64,000 nucleotides of DNA from Schizosaccharomyces osmophilus (taxonomy: Eukaryota): assembly GCF_027921745.1 (NCBI RefSeq), contig NC_079239.1:1550001-1614000 (forward strand), given 5' to 3'. A program made the position numbers and the translations under genes. Below, piece by piece: positions 23,764-35,800 of the stretch (position 1 is the first letter of the stretch; each line of letters starts with the position of its first letter). The notes below the pieces were generated by a model. It saw only the letters and a program-made list of their open reading frames with translations, made no database searches and was not told where the DNA came from.

Positions 23764-24109
23764 CTTTTTTCTTCGTGGATACCATACGTAATGCATCGTT
23801 TACAATGAGCAGAAACAGTCAAATAATAAACAAACCAAATACAACAAAAACAAAATTAAAAGAATAAAAAATAAAGTAATTCAAAATGACATTAATAAAG
23901 TAAAAGTATGTAAAATTAAGATGAGAATGTAAGAATTAGAAAGAACAATATTTACATAAGAAAGAAATAAGCAACAAACTTCGTAAAAGAAAAGAGACAA
24001 CAGAGGTTTCGCAACCTATGAAAAATGAAAATGCAAAAAGAAGAAAATAAAAAGTATGCAAGACAATAAAACTATGTTTGGAAAAACATTGTTACAAGGA
24101 GTAATGCAA

Positions 24110-25252
24110 TTAAGGGTTCTCCTCGATAGCAACCGAAGGATAAGAAGCCTTCATACATAACCGTTTTTCATCATCGGGCAGAGTTTGACAGTAAGCACGA
24201 TGCTCGTACATTTTTCGGTACCACTCAATTACAGAAGCTAAAAGCTTCTCAGTTTTGAGCTTGTGAATGACAAGGGCATCAAAACGAAGAAAAGCCTGTC
24301 GAGGATTATAACCTTCGTTGGGCAAAACCATATCATACAAATTGTATCTGGTAAATTTTATATTTTTGACATTACCAGAATTTCTGTTAATATTAAAACC
24401 AGTTTGAGCATCTTCCCAAGGAAAAAAAAGTTTACGCTGACTAGCAATGCGATAGGCTATGTCTGGTGAGACAACATAAGCAAAACCGCACATGTATGGA
24501 AACTCGCGGACAGACGTTGGTAATTCTTTGCGAGCACAATCTCTTCCAAAGTAAAATTCTTCCTTACCAATGTGAGGACGAAGCTCTGAGAGCATCAAGG
24601 GTAAGTTGACGTACGCATCATCATCAACTTTCGCTATAAAATCATATTCATCTCGTGCCACACCTAAGTCGCGAAACTCCTTCATCCCTGGAAGTTCATG
24701 TGTAACAACTGTTTCATTGTAAACAAAACCTCCCTGGCCTTCATGCTCGTACTGTATATCTTTTAAGAGATGGCCATCGGCAACTTTGGAAAGCAAGGGA
24801 TATGACCGATATCCCTTCAAAAATGTCTGAAAGTATACTATACTTTTTCCACGGTCCACGTTTTCCCCAATAGGGAGAACTTCAAGGTCACCATACAATT
24901 GCTGTTCTTCACGAATAGCAGCCAGTCCTTCATTTGAGTTAGGAACACCTAAAACGAATTTGACATCGATCTTGTCTTTACTAGCTACTTCCTTAATGTA
25001 ACGATGGTAGTCCTCACGCAACAGACGTCTTCGTGCGGCATTATTTGCATGCGAAAAAATGCCTAAACACATGCGTAAGGGAGGAGGTTCCGTGCTTAAA
25101 TCAGTGTATAATGGACCAAGGAACATATCCTCTAAAGCGTAAATCGCCTTTGCTTCGGTGCGCCATGATCGGTACATGATGAGAAAAAAGAAAGTAATTC
25201 CAAAAACGAGCAACACCAAATACGAAAAACAATGATTCTTATTGGAGAACAT
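24110..25252 (-). CDS. pvg3: GT31 beta-1,3-galactosyltransferase Pvg3 (start MFSNKN at 25252)
   Basis: Type II membrane anchor, RRRLLR, EEQQLYGDL, KVDDD (DxD), PYMCGFAYVVS and WEDAQTG motifs. Confidence 0.9.
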   Translation of the reverse strand: MFSNKNHCFSYLVLLVFGITFFFLIMYRSWRTEAKAIYALEDMFLGPLYTDLSTEPPPLRMCLGIFSHANNAARRRLLREDYHRYIKEVASKDKIDVKFVLGVPNSNEGLAAIREEQQLYGDLEVLPIGENVDRGKSIVYFQTFLKGYRSYPLLSKVADGHLLKDIQYEHEGQGGFVYNETVVTHELPGMKEFRDLGVARDEYDFIAKVDDDAYVNLPLMLSELRPHIGKEEFYFGRDCARKELPTSVREFPYMCGFAYVVSPDIAYRIASQRKLFFPWEDAQTGFNINRNSGNVKNIKFTRYNLYDMVLPNEGYNPRQAFLRFDALVIHKLKTEKLLASVIEWYRKMYEHRAYCQTLPDDEKRLCMKASYPSVAIEENP

Positions 25253-25836
25253 ATTAACAGAGAAGAAACGAAAATAATTCGTAAACGAAAGAATGAATGG
25301 AAACGTAGAATTACTACAATTGGTGACGAACGTATACAAATACTTTTTGCAAATCTACGTTTCACAAGAAAACCATACCAACATGAGAAAGCTAAAAAGA
25401 ATATCCAGACGGCAAAATGAACACACCACTTTTAGCTGTCTTTCAATTCTTGTGGATAACTAAGGGTAAGTTCTTTCCCATGTTCAGATCAATGTAAAGC
25501 GACTTTGCCTCACATAACGCGGATACGCTGGATCTCGGCAAAAAGTAAATAAAACAAATCTTGGGCAATTTACAGCTAAGTAATAATATATAAAAGCGTT
25601 CTTAAAAAATCGATTTCATTGAATTCTCTCTATCATCATATGTACAAATAAAAAACATTCAAATCGTTGGCGTTGCTCTGCAAACGAAGATATCTCCAAA
25701 AGAAAGACCTTGGCAAATTTGCTTTTGTGTTGTTTTACAAGAAAATTATCGTCATCATCACAATTGAACTCGTAGGTTTCTGATAAAATTATGGCATCTG
25801 CACTGTCGAGTTGAATATCTCATAAAGTAGTAGAAT

Positions 25837-26683
25837 TTATCCATTGTAGTCCAATACGAGATGCCGTTCCACGGAGGTTTCTTTACCGGCTTCTTCCTCT
25901 CCTTCAAACCGAAGCTTGCAAACTCCACTCGGTAAGGTTCGTATTACCTCTGCCTTATAAAATGTGGTTGTTTCTGGATAGCGTGCCAACACGGTTGTCC
26001 CTGGACCAAGAGATGGCAAGGAAATTGTTTTCGGTGGAATATAAATAAGATTTTTTGCCGAAGTTTTATAAACTTGTCCTGCATTTCCATCATCGTCGGG
26101 CTCGGGATCCTGAACTTCATACCTAATGCCATTCAAGTTAGTACCTGATCCATGCATGCAATTCGACCGTCGAAACTTGCTTCCGGATAAATACAAAGTT
26201 ATAAAATGAAAGGGTTTGCAACAGCACAACTTACTTATTCTTGAGGTCTCCTGTCACCTTTATAATAATACACTGAATCCATTCACCTCCTTCATTGTCT
26301 TGTGTTCGTGGTAAGCGAAAAGCAACAGACATACCAGGAGCCAGCGAAGGAGGAATAAAAATCTGCGAAGCACTCCGGTTTCGCCGACTTCTTGTTAATG
26401 GGCTATTCATGACGGACGCTGCAGACTTTTCATTCGCTTTTTCCAAAACATGAATAATTACCTCCAAAGATTGTATAGCAGGATCTAATTGAGCCTTTTG
26501 GTCCTTCGTTGCTTGCAAACCACGTCGGCAAGCCTCCAGTTTCGCTTCCAAATCCATTTTCTCATCCTCAACGGTTTCATGGCATTCTTTTTGATCCCCT
26601 AGTAATTTCTTTATAGGCTCTAAATCGGCACAAAATTTATTCCACATAGAATCAACATCTTCTGAAGTATTTGTACGACCCAT
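25837..26683 (-). CDS. sgf29: SAGA subunit Sgf29, tandem Tudor (exons 26683 or 26698 to 26235, 26122-25837)
   Basis: N-terminal coil, EWIQC...KYEVQDPEPDD, VLARYPETTTFYKAEV and LRFEGEE motifs; 112-nt intron. Confidence 0.92.
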
Positions 26684-27444
26684 CAGGCTTTGATTCATTT
26701 ACTTCTCATCTAAGACCTTCTCGTGCCAAAATTTACTGTGGTGTAGCATCTTCCTTGTCTACTTCACAACGCCCCTCTATGGGCATATTCTTCAAGAAAA
26801 AGTAAAGTATACGCAAATATAATATGGTAGAAGCATGGAAAACAATTACAACTTTCTATTTTCCTATTGGAAAGCAGACCTTTTGAATACTTGGAATTTA
26901 CGAATACTACAATCAGGTTGTTGGTTGCATGTTCAACAAAAGCTAAAGACCATTTATTGTTTGTAATTAAATCAATGTACAGTCCAGTTCACGTAGAGAG
27001 TACAGCTGCTGATAATGCATGCATGCGAACTCTTTCCATTAGCTAATTATTCAAGATTAGACAAAATGACGGCAGTAGTCCTTGCAAACTAGGAAAATGA
27101 ACATATATAGAAAATGCATAGACGGGATGTATGACTCCCGGAGGCTCGACAATTTTGTAAACAAACGGCGCGTATATGGGGCATCTTCGAGTATATCATT
27201 TTCAAGACTTTTTAAGATAAATAACTATCCATTCCAAATGAGCATTTAAGCAAAAAAATACGAAACAAGCAAATCTTTCTTAGCTTCGAATTATCCAAAT
27301 AATGCAAAAGAAAGATTGGAACAAAAATACATAAAGGAAAGTATTCTATTTGCGCATGATCGTTTCGCCCATTTCGTACGTAACAGAGCCACGTAACAAA
27401 ATAGAAGAAAAAAATACAAAAAGGATGCATCATGAAAAAATTAT

Positions 27445-28850
27445 TTAGGATATTTGGTTTAACTGAACATAATTACCCGGGAACTGACCTTCATACCCGT
27501 GCACACGGCCAATCCACCATTCCTATATTAGATTAGTAAAGTCAAGACCACAGAAAAAAGACGAAAAAGAGAAAGATAAATAGAATGACTTACGTTTTGA
27601 TTATCAGATCGTGAAACAATTTCAATGCGATCACCCACGCGGAAAGATAAATCACCGGCAGCCTGAGCTGTATAATCATACACAGCAGTGACATATTCTG
27701 TTGATGGAATAGCAAGCTTTGGCTTTGCTGGTGGAGCAGGCGGGGCAGGAGGAGCTGAGGTAGCAGGAGCTGTGGACTCTGCGTAAGGATACGAAGATTT
27801 TTCTGGGGCATTTGCAGCAGCCGCAGTGGCGGGATGGGTACCGAGGGAGGTGTAAGGAGGGGGGACTTCTGAAGTTGAGGCCTCACCGTCGACAGTGGAA
27901 GCAGAAACGTCCGAGTTGGCGGCGACTTCATGCTTGTTGGAAAAGGATGAAGAAGTAGAGGGCGAAGAGTGAGAGGAATGGCCAGTAAAGCTGCCAGAAA
28001 CCCTGTGACTAGGCTTCGCTGTCTTGAACCGAGTAATGGTCAGAGCCTCCGTACGATCTCTGACATCGCCACGCTTATTTTCGTACGCGGCAATAATGTC
28101 GAAATCTAGATTGAAGTAGGGAATGTTGCAGTTGCTCATCTTTTGATATAGAATCCAAAATATGTTGAGCTGCATGTAATAAAGATCTTGAAAGAGAGGA
28201 GCGATAAACTCTTGCTCAAGCTCGAAAAGACGTGGAAGCTCCTCTTTGACCATCTCATTATAATATTCATACTCCTGGGATGCTTGATCAAAGGAGGTTT
28301 CGGCCTCATATAGATGCTTTTCATCCTTTAGAGAGCGGTCCTTCTTCTCCTGCAGCCTCTTCAAGGTAGAGCGATGACGATCGTAATCAATTTGTTTGTG
28401 ATCACGCTTCGTAAGAAACTTATCGACATCTCGAATGATTTTAAGCAATTCTCCTGCTGGCTCAACGATGCGCGACTGAATCACTTCCAATTCAGACGCT
28501 AAACTAGATTCCAAATCATGTACAATATCTTTATAAGCCTCGGCTGCCTGAACTCCCTCTTCACTTCCTTCTACATGATACGACTCTGGATTAGAAGCTT
28601 GCCCGCTAATAGGATTATAAATTTCTATGCAAGCATCTGCAAATCCTACTTGATGATTCAGTAGACCACGAATTGCGTCTGTGTATTTTGTCGAATCATC
28701 CGAAAGTTTTTTGGTTTCTGTTTCCAACGACTTGAAACGTCGTCCTGCATCTTCATACACTGGATCTTTCGTCTGTTCTCCAATGTTGAATTTGCTACGA
28801 AACGTTTGCGGTGCACGAACCACCGACTTTTTGAATCCTTTCCAGCTCAT
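27445..28850 (-). CDS. hob1: BAR-SH3 amphiphysin Hob1 / Rvs167 (exons 28850-27594, 27522-27445)
   Basis: N-BAR MSWKGFKK...KRDHKQIDYDRH, a proline-rich linker, and SH3 AVYDY.AQAAGDLSF...EWWIG....EGQFPGNYV completed by splicing. Confidence 0.95.
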
Positions 28851-29793
28851 TCAGTTCCGTCTGTTTTAGGTCTCAATTGGGTGTTGTGTCTTGGGAAGAT
28901 GAGTATGTTCCTCAACCCATCTGTTTCTGCTCATCATATCAGAAATTACGTTCCCCCTCGTTATCTACTTTACCATAAAAGCTACAGCAATCTGTAAACA
29001 AACTTTGCGCACCATAGCAGAGTTTACAAAATAAAATACCACATTAGAAAACAATACAGTAATCAAGACTACGACCGCCTACAAACCCTTTAAAAGGCAA
29101 ATACGGAATCCATTCGTAGTGGCTAAAATGCTCTTCTTCCATTAGTTTGTGCCAAGTGAAACTCTGCTGCGAATGCTAGAAGCAAACGAAATCGACCAAA
29201 CTCAATCTCCGCTATCCATTCAATAAATCTTTTATAGATTTGTTTCATCTTGACTTCCCTTCTCGATTCAAATTAGCCACTAAGTCTTGGCCCCATGTTT
29301 TGTTTTTGTCACTTGGTACACCTAATGATGCTACCTGAGTCAGCAATGTGTGCCTTTCATTTGACTCAGTAGTGTCGCTGAGCATTTGGATTGGCTCGAC
29401 TCAAATTGGTTGATTAGCGCGTCCCACTATATAAAGGATAACGCTTACCAGAATATTTCGCTGCTAATACCTTTTACTCTACTCTTCCTTCTCTGACGGC
29501 GAACACATCATTGCCGCTATTTACAGGTTTTGTGCATTTCAAGAACGATCTTCTTGAACTGAATTTGTTTTCTTGATCCTATTTTCCTAATTTCTGGCCG
29601 GTTTCATTAAACTAGGCGTTGGTTGCACTTTTTGTGCAAAAGTACTTTTGCCCTTTGAAAGAGGAATTATCCATTCCATCGCTTCGCTTTTCTTGTGCTT
29701 TGCCATTTGAAATTGAAAAGTTGCCTCTGGTTTTGAGATTTTTTTTGTGTGTTTTGTCTATTGGTTGGTCAATTTTAAATTCTAGTTTTCATA

Positions 29794-31266
29794 ATGTCGA
29801 GATTCAGTAAGTTATTGTCTCTTTCCCAAAGGGCTCTTCCAAGGAAGTCACCTTCTCACTTGAGTCGCCCTTGGACTGGCTGCTGTGCCGCCTCTTCGCG
29901 ATTGTTCTCATCCACAGCTTCCCCTTCTTCCCAAGAACCTTCCATCCTTAAATCTTCTTCCCCGGCTTCTTCCACAGCGGCTGCTCCTGCTACTGGTACA
30001 ACAACCATGGAGACACCTACCGTCGCCAGAGCGAAAGCTGCTTTAGAAGCCATTTCTGGCACCCACCCAATTTACATGGACTTTCAAGCAACCTCTCCTC
30101 TCGACTACCGCGTGCTCGACAGCATGCTACCCTACCTTACAGGCGTGTACGGAAACCCTCACAGCCGTACCCACGAGTATGGATGGGAGGCTGAAAAGGC
30201 TGTAGAAGGAGCTCGTGAGGAGGTCGCCGCTGTTATCAAGGCCGATCCCCGTGAGATTATCTTCACTTCTGGTGCCACAGAGTCCAATAACACGATTCTC
30301 AAGGGCGTGGCCCGCTTTTATCAAAACAGAAAAAAGCACATTATTTCCGTTCAAACCGAACACAAGTGTGTTCTTGATTCTTTGCGTACTCTCCAGGAAG
30401 AAGGCTTTGATGTCACGTTTCTTCCCGTTCAAACAAACGGCTTGATTAGCCTTGACGATCTAAAGAAGGCTATCCGTCCCGATACCGTACTCGTAAGTGT
30501 CATGGCTGTCAATAATGAGATTGGTGTGATTCAGCCTCTTGAGGAAATTGGAAAGATCTGCCGAGCTAATAAGGTGTTCTTCCACACTGATGGTGCCCAA
30601 GGTTTTGGCAAAATTCCTCTGGACGTTGACCGTATGAATATCGATTTGATGTCTATTTCAGGCCACAAGATTTATGGACCCAAGGGTGTAGGTGCTGCTT
30701 TTATTCGTCGTCGCCCCCGTGTCCGTCTTTCACCTTTGTTGAGCGGAGGTGGCCAAGAACGTGGTCTTCGAAGTGGTACCTTGGCTCCTCCTTTAATTGT
30801 GGGATTCGGTACTGCTGCCCGCCTTTGCAGGGAAGAAATGGCTTATGACCACGAACATATCTCTAAGCTCTCAAAGCGTTTGATTGATGGTCTTTTGGCT
30901 ATTCCATACACTTCTCTTAATGGTGATCCTAAATCAAGGTTCCCCGGCTGTGTGAACATTTCTTTCTCTTACGTTGAAGGTGAGTCTTTGTTGATGGGTC
31001 TCAAGAACATTGCTCTTTCCTCTGGTTCCGCCTGTACTTCTGCTTCTTTGGAGCCTTCCTATGTTCTTCGTGCCATTGGTCAAAATGATGAAGATGCTCA
31101 TAGCTCTATTCGATTTGGTATTGGTAGATACACGACAGAGGCTGAAGTCGATTACGCCCTTGCCAACGTGCACAATCAAATTGATTTCCTTCGAAACTTG
31201 AGTCCTTTGTGGGATCTTGTACAAGAAGGAGTTGATCTTAGTACCATTGAATGGAGTTCACACTAA
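29794..31266 (+). CDS. nfs1: Mitochondrial cysteine desulfurase Nfs1
   Basis: R/S-rich presequence, [19 protein letters not shown] (PLP lysine), SSGSACTS (catalytic cysteine). Confidence 0.97.
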   Translation: MSRFSKLLSLSQRALPRKSPSHLSRPWTGCCAASSRLFSSTASPSSQEPSILKSSSPASSTAAAPATGTTTMETPTVARAKAALEAISGTHPIYMDFQATSPLDYRVLDSMLPYLTGVYGNPHSRTHEYGWEAEKAVEGAREEVAAVIKADPREIIFTSGATESNNTILKGVARFYQNRKKHIISVQTEHKCVLDSLRTLQEEGFDVTFLPVQTNGLISLDDLKKAIRPDTVLVSVMAVNNEIGVIQPLEEIGKICRANKVFFHTDGAQGFGKIPLDVDRMNIDLMSISGHKIYGPKGVGAAFIRRRPRVRLSPLLSGGGQERGLRSGTLAPPLIVGFGTAARLCREEMAYDHEHISKLSKRLIDGLLAIPYTSLNGDPKSRFPGCVNISFSYVEGESLLMGLKNIALSSGSACTSASLEPSYVLRAIGQNDEDAHSSIRFGIGRYTTEAEVDYALANVHNQIDFLRNLSPLWDLVQEGVDLSTIEWSSH

Positions 31267-31596
31267 TGGATATCACATCCCTTAGAAAGAAACCGTCTTT
31301 ACAACTTTAAAGTTACCAAGGTTCATGAGTGTATCTACGACTAAAAAATTATATAATTGATTGATGTTATATGTAACCTTTTTATATCCACACTTAGTTC
31401 AACGATGTTGTGTATGTATAATAATATTTTACTTTCCTGAGAAAAAAAAGAATCGTCTAGGTGGAATTCATATCTTAAATATTTAAAAGTAAACACAAGA
31501 AACGTTTAATGAAGTATATGATGTATATTTGATACATCGATATAGCGTCAAAAGAAAACTTTTCATGTCGTAGAAGTTCAAAGACGTTCACATCCT

Positions 31597-32508
31597 TCAT
31601 CGTTTGATACTCGCTTGTTTATACATTTCGAATAATTCTCCTGTAAATCGAAAACACTCATCTCCCCATATTGACATTGCACTGCTTGTATCACCGCCGT
31701 TGTACATTTTGCAGTTCGCGAATACGCGCAACACTTCTCGATAAACTTCTTCGGCAGTCGTAAGGGTGCCTTCGCGGACCATATTCTTTATTGTCCTTAA
31801 ATCTTGAGGATAATAGATGAGTGAATCATAGTCTTGAGCTTCTTTCCTGTTCACAGGATGACTAAAAGGTGCTCCAAAGCGATGATTGGAAATATTATCC
31901 AATACGGGAAGAATAGCATTCTGAAACTTTTTAAGGCTGGTTTTTTCTTCGTCCTGTGAAGTTTGTTTTCTACTAGCAGCACGAGTGGTCGCTCTTGCAG
32001 CTGCAGGACCAGAAGGAGCATTTACATCCGGAATATGCGATGATTCTGGCTCCTCAGGTACAGGTTCCGATGGTCTTCTTTTCGAACGCAAGTTTTTGGA
32101 TTCTTTTTCTGTAGCGGTTGCAGTTTCTTGTACAGCTTTCTCATCCTGCTCCTTGGCTTTCGTACTCTCTTCTGCCTGTTGCTCAAGACACGCGTCAAAA
32201 GACTTTACACAATCGTTCAGCTCATGAATAAGATCATTGATAACATTCTCTCTTAATTGCATTCGTTTGTCAGATTTTGTTTCATGATCTGCTATAGAGC
32301 TGTCCTTGCTTAAGCCTAATTCAGTCTTCTCTTCTGGCTCCGAATTTGTAGCTGCCCGATCATAGATCCTTTTCAATTCTTCTGAATTCAAAGGCTCAAG
32401 CAAAAATGGACTCTCAGACACTTGCTTCAAGATTTTCTCTTCATTATCCCCAAGTAGCCGTTTCAAGTCGAGACATTGTAAAAGAGCAACGTTCTCAGGA
32501 AGATTCAT
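31597..32508 (-). CDS. bdc1: Bromodomain protein Bdc1 (NuA4-associated, Brd8-like)
   Basis: C-terminal bromodomain (PFSHPVNRKEAQDYDSLI..PQDL.TI...VFANCKMYN); synteny. Confidence 0.8.
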   Translation of the reverse strand: MNLPENVALLQCLDLKRLLGDNEEKILKQVSESPFLLEPLNSEELKRIYDRAATNSEPEEKTELGLSKDSSIADHETKSDKRMQLRENVINDLIHELNDCVKSFDACLEQQAEESTKAKEQDEKAVQETATATEKESKNLRSKRRPSEPVPEEPESSHIPDVNAPSGPAAARATTRAASRKQTSQDEEKTSLKKFQNAILPVLDNISNHRFGAPFSHPVNRKEAQDYDSLIYYPQDLRTIKNMVREGTLTTAEEVYREVLRVFANCKMYNGGDTSSAMSIWGDECFRFTGELFEMYKQASIKR

Positions 32509-32871
32509 ACTAGGGATTGTTCTTCATATCTCATAGGAGAACGGTTTTCCTATAAAAGAGTATATACTCGATTAGACAGCTTTCTTCCTTCCTTTTACTT
32601 CTCTTCGCGTCTATTCACCGTGCGTATCTACTCGCATTTTAAGAACGCCCAACACAAACTAAGCAGTCATCCTACGAATGCGTTGCAATAGCGCAAAGAC
32701 GTATAAGGAAGAGTTGACGTGTCTTAAATATCTAACGTAATGTTTCACGAATACTGAAAATTACGTGCCTATAGAAATGTCAGAAGCAAAAGAATTAAGA
32801 AAAAACAACACTTTTCCTAGCGGACAGTGAGAGAAAATTAGAAGGTTCATTGCATAGACTTTGTTGATATT

Positions 32872-35800
32872 ATGAAGAAATTTGGATTTCTTCACGGGTA
32901 TGTATTTTGATTTCTTGTGGAACTATTTGGCATGAAATTATGATGCATCTCTTTGGGTTGTAGTCGCGTAAAATACTTCTTGTTTATTTGTTTCGTTGAG
33001 GGAGAAATACAATAAACAAGATTTCAAGCTGTTCTACGTCGGGAAGAATTCGTTAGGCTAACTATTATTCTAGACAAACTTCGTCGCCGATGCAATCTCT
33101 CTCCGGATCCTTTTCATCTTTACAGATGGATACTGGGATGAATACTTCCATGGTCAGCACAATCTTTGAACCTCCAGACTTGACTACCATTGATGCAGAT
33201 CTTTTGGTTGTCATCAAAAGTCTCCAAAAAAGAGATATCACGACCAAGTGCCGTGCCTTACAAGATTTAATTCAATGGAAAAAATGTGATCAATTTGAAA
33301 ATGAGCAATTTTTGGATGCCTGGGCCATTTTCTTTCCTCGCTTGGCGATTGAAACAGACCGACGAGTTCGTCAGTATGCTTTTACATTTACCGGTCTTTT
33401 ATCTTCAACTCTTCAAAAAAAACTTGCACCATGGCTCAAATCCTATATCGCACCCTGGTTGATGGGTTTCTTCGATTTTGATAAATCAGTTTCCTCAGCT
33501 GCCCGCGATTCACTCAGAAAACTACTCTCAGAGGATAAGTGGTCTCATGTTTGGATGAAGTACGGGAATGTTCTGGTTGATAATATTGTGGATATCTTGA
33601 TGTATGAAACTGTTGATTCAATGTCTGATTTACGATTCATTTCCAACGAAGACGCTGAAGCCAAATATGAACGTACTTGTGCGTGCTGCTTTTCTGTTCT
33701 TTCCTTTCTGCTGAATCAAAATCTAACCAATGACGCGCGTTCTGTAGATGAAGATTCAAAAGCACAAGGCTTTCACAAGCATTACTTTGAGGCAATCTCC
33801 ATGTTGCTTGAATCTAAGCAATTATGGGATCTCCTTTCCTCTTCTCATGGGATCATTAAACTCAGATTGTTTCAATATTTACAAACTCTTATTCATTCCA
33901 ATAAGGACTTCTTTTCCCCGTATAAAGATAAAATAATAAACCTCGTGCCGCGTATGCTTTCCCGATCTGACAGTATTTCATGCGTTTCTTTGTTAGGAAT
34001 GTTGTCTTACTTGTTAGCCGTTTATCCTTCTTCGTCTACTACTTTGGCAAATCATTCGAAACGTCCTATGCGAAAGTGTTTACAGAATCTCCTTCGTAAA
34101 CGAATAGCACTACCGAATTCTGGCTTTTACACAGCTTTCATGACTTTAATGACGCATTTTTCTACTGAAGATCTCGTCCCTTCCACAGAAGATTTGGCCG
34201 AGTTTTCTAATGCGTTTTTGGAAGTTGCTCAACAAGAACAACGTGTTTTCGCGACTCAAGTCTACAGCTGTTATTTTGAATTTCTGTCGTTTGTTTTTAA
34301 TTATTCCTCGGATTCCCGGATGAAAGATACAGTATTAGAAAGCCTCAAGTCGATGTTTATTTCCTATTTCGAAGGAAATATGACCCCACAATGTCCTGTT
34401 TTAGAGTTCGATAAATGTTTGCAGAACATATTTCGTAAAAACGAAAATTTTTCCAATTTGTGGAACGAGGTCTTATACAATTTTTATGAATCTCATCTTG
34501 TTCCCGACTCTGTGTCATTTGAAGTCATTTCTAGATCTGTTACTCTGGCCGTGCAAACGGCTCTGAGTTTTAAGAATAATGATAGGCCTTATAACGTCGA
34601 ATATGAACGTAAAGTACAACCTTGCTTACAGTTTTTGATGCGCCTGTCTGCTAACGAAAATAATCAATTTGCTGGTCTTGCTGTTTTGCATCTTACCAAG
34701 CTTTGTCATGTTTTTGAAAAAACAAAGTTTACCCACTTTGTCCAACAGGACTTTAGCGAGTATTTACTAAATTTTTTACCATCTATAATATTGAATCAGC
34801 CGTCAAAAACGACGTATTTGAATTTGCTTCATGAGATCGTCTACTTGCTTAGAGATTCCGAGAATGTTAGCACTCTGTGGATTTCTGTTATTGATCAGTT
34901 GATGACTGAACCATTAAATACCGAAGTTATAAAATCACTTCCTTCTAGTTTTTCAAATTCCCGCTTGAATGCTAAAGTTCCGTTGGTGGATTCCCTTGTT
35001 TCTTATTATGATGAGACTGTGTCTAACCTGATTGAACAACAGCATTACAGTTCGAGTCTAATAAAACTTACCATTGATGCGAAAGATATTCTTATCCCTG
35101 CCAAATTGGTTGAAAAATTTTTAGGCATGACTACAAACAGTTTTGATGTGAATATGCCACAAAGTCATTTGGAAAATTACTTAAATATTTTATGTTGCGA
35201 ATTTCACTCCTTAGGCCATAATCTGGCTGATGTATTTGCACAAAATGAAAGCCTTTATTTATTATATCCTTTGCTACTAATAGACCCCAAGTTTTCTACC
35301 ATTGATGGCCATCTGCGTAATAGTTTAATTGAACAATTTAATGCGGAATGTCAGAAGAACAGTGGTTTTATGAAATCTCTTTGCATTATCGTTTCGGACT
35401 GGAGTCGTAAGACCATTTCGGGAGATAAACACGACATACATAAATTGGCGCAAATGGTTGTAAGACTTGCAAAATCTCATAAAGAAAATGTTCCCTTGTC
35501 TTTGTTTTGTTACCCTAAGGAGTTTTGGATTTCTGCATTGGCTCCGATTGAACATTTTTTTGCCAAAAATTATTTTGTTGATCAAGTACCTTGTCTTGGA
35601 TTCTCGGAATCGGTTGAAAAAAGCCAATCTGATGAAGTTGTCAATAGCAAAACCGTTGCACAACTTTTTAATGCTTCACTTTACTCATTGGTATTTTGCG
35701 AACACGACGAAGTAACCTCCGATCTTATCCTGTATTTGTCTTTGTCATACGTTGTTTTTTCTATCTATGTTCAAAATGGTGGTGAACTTTTTTCTGATAT

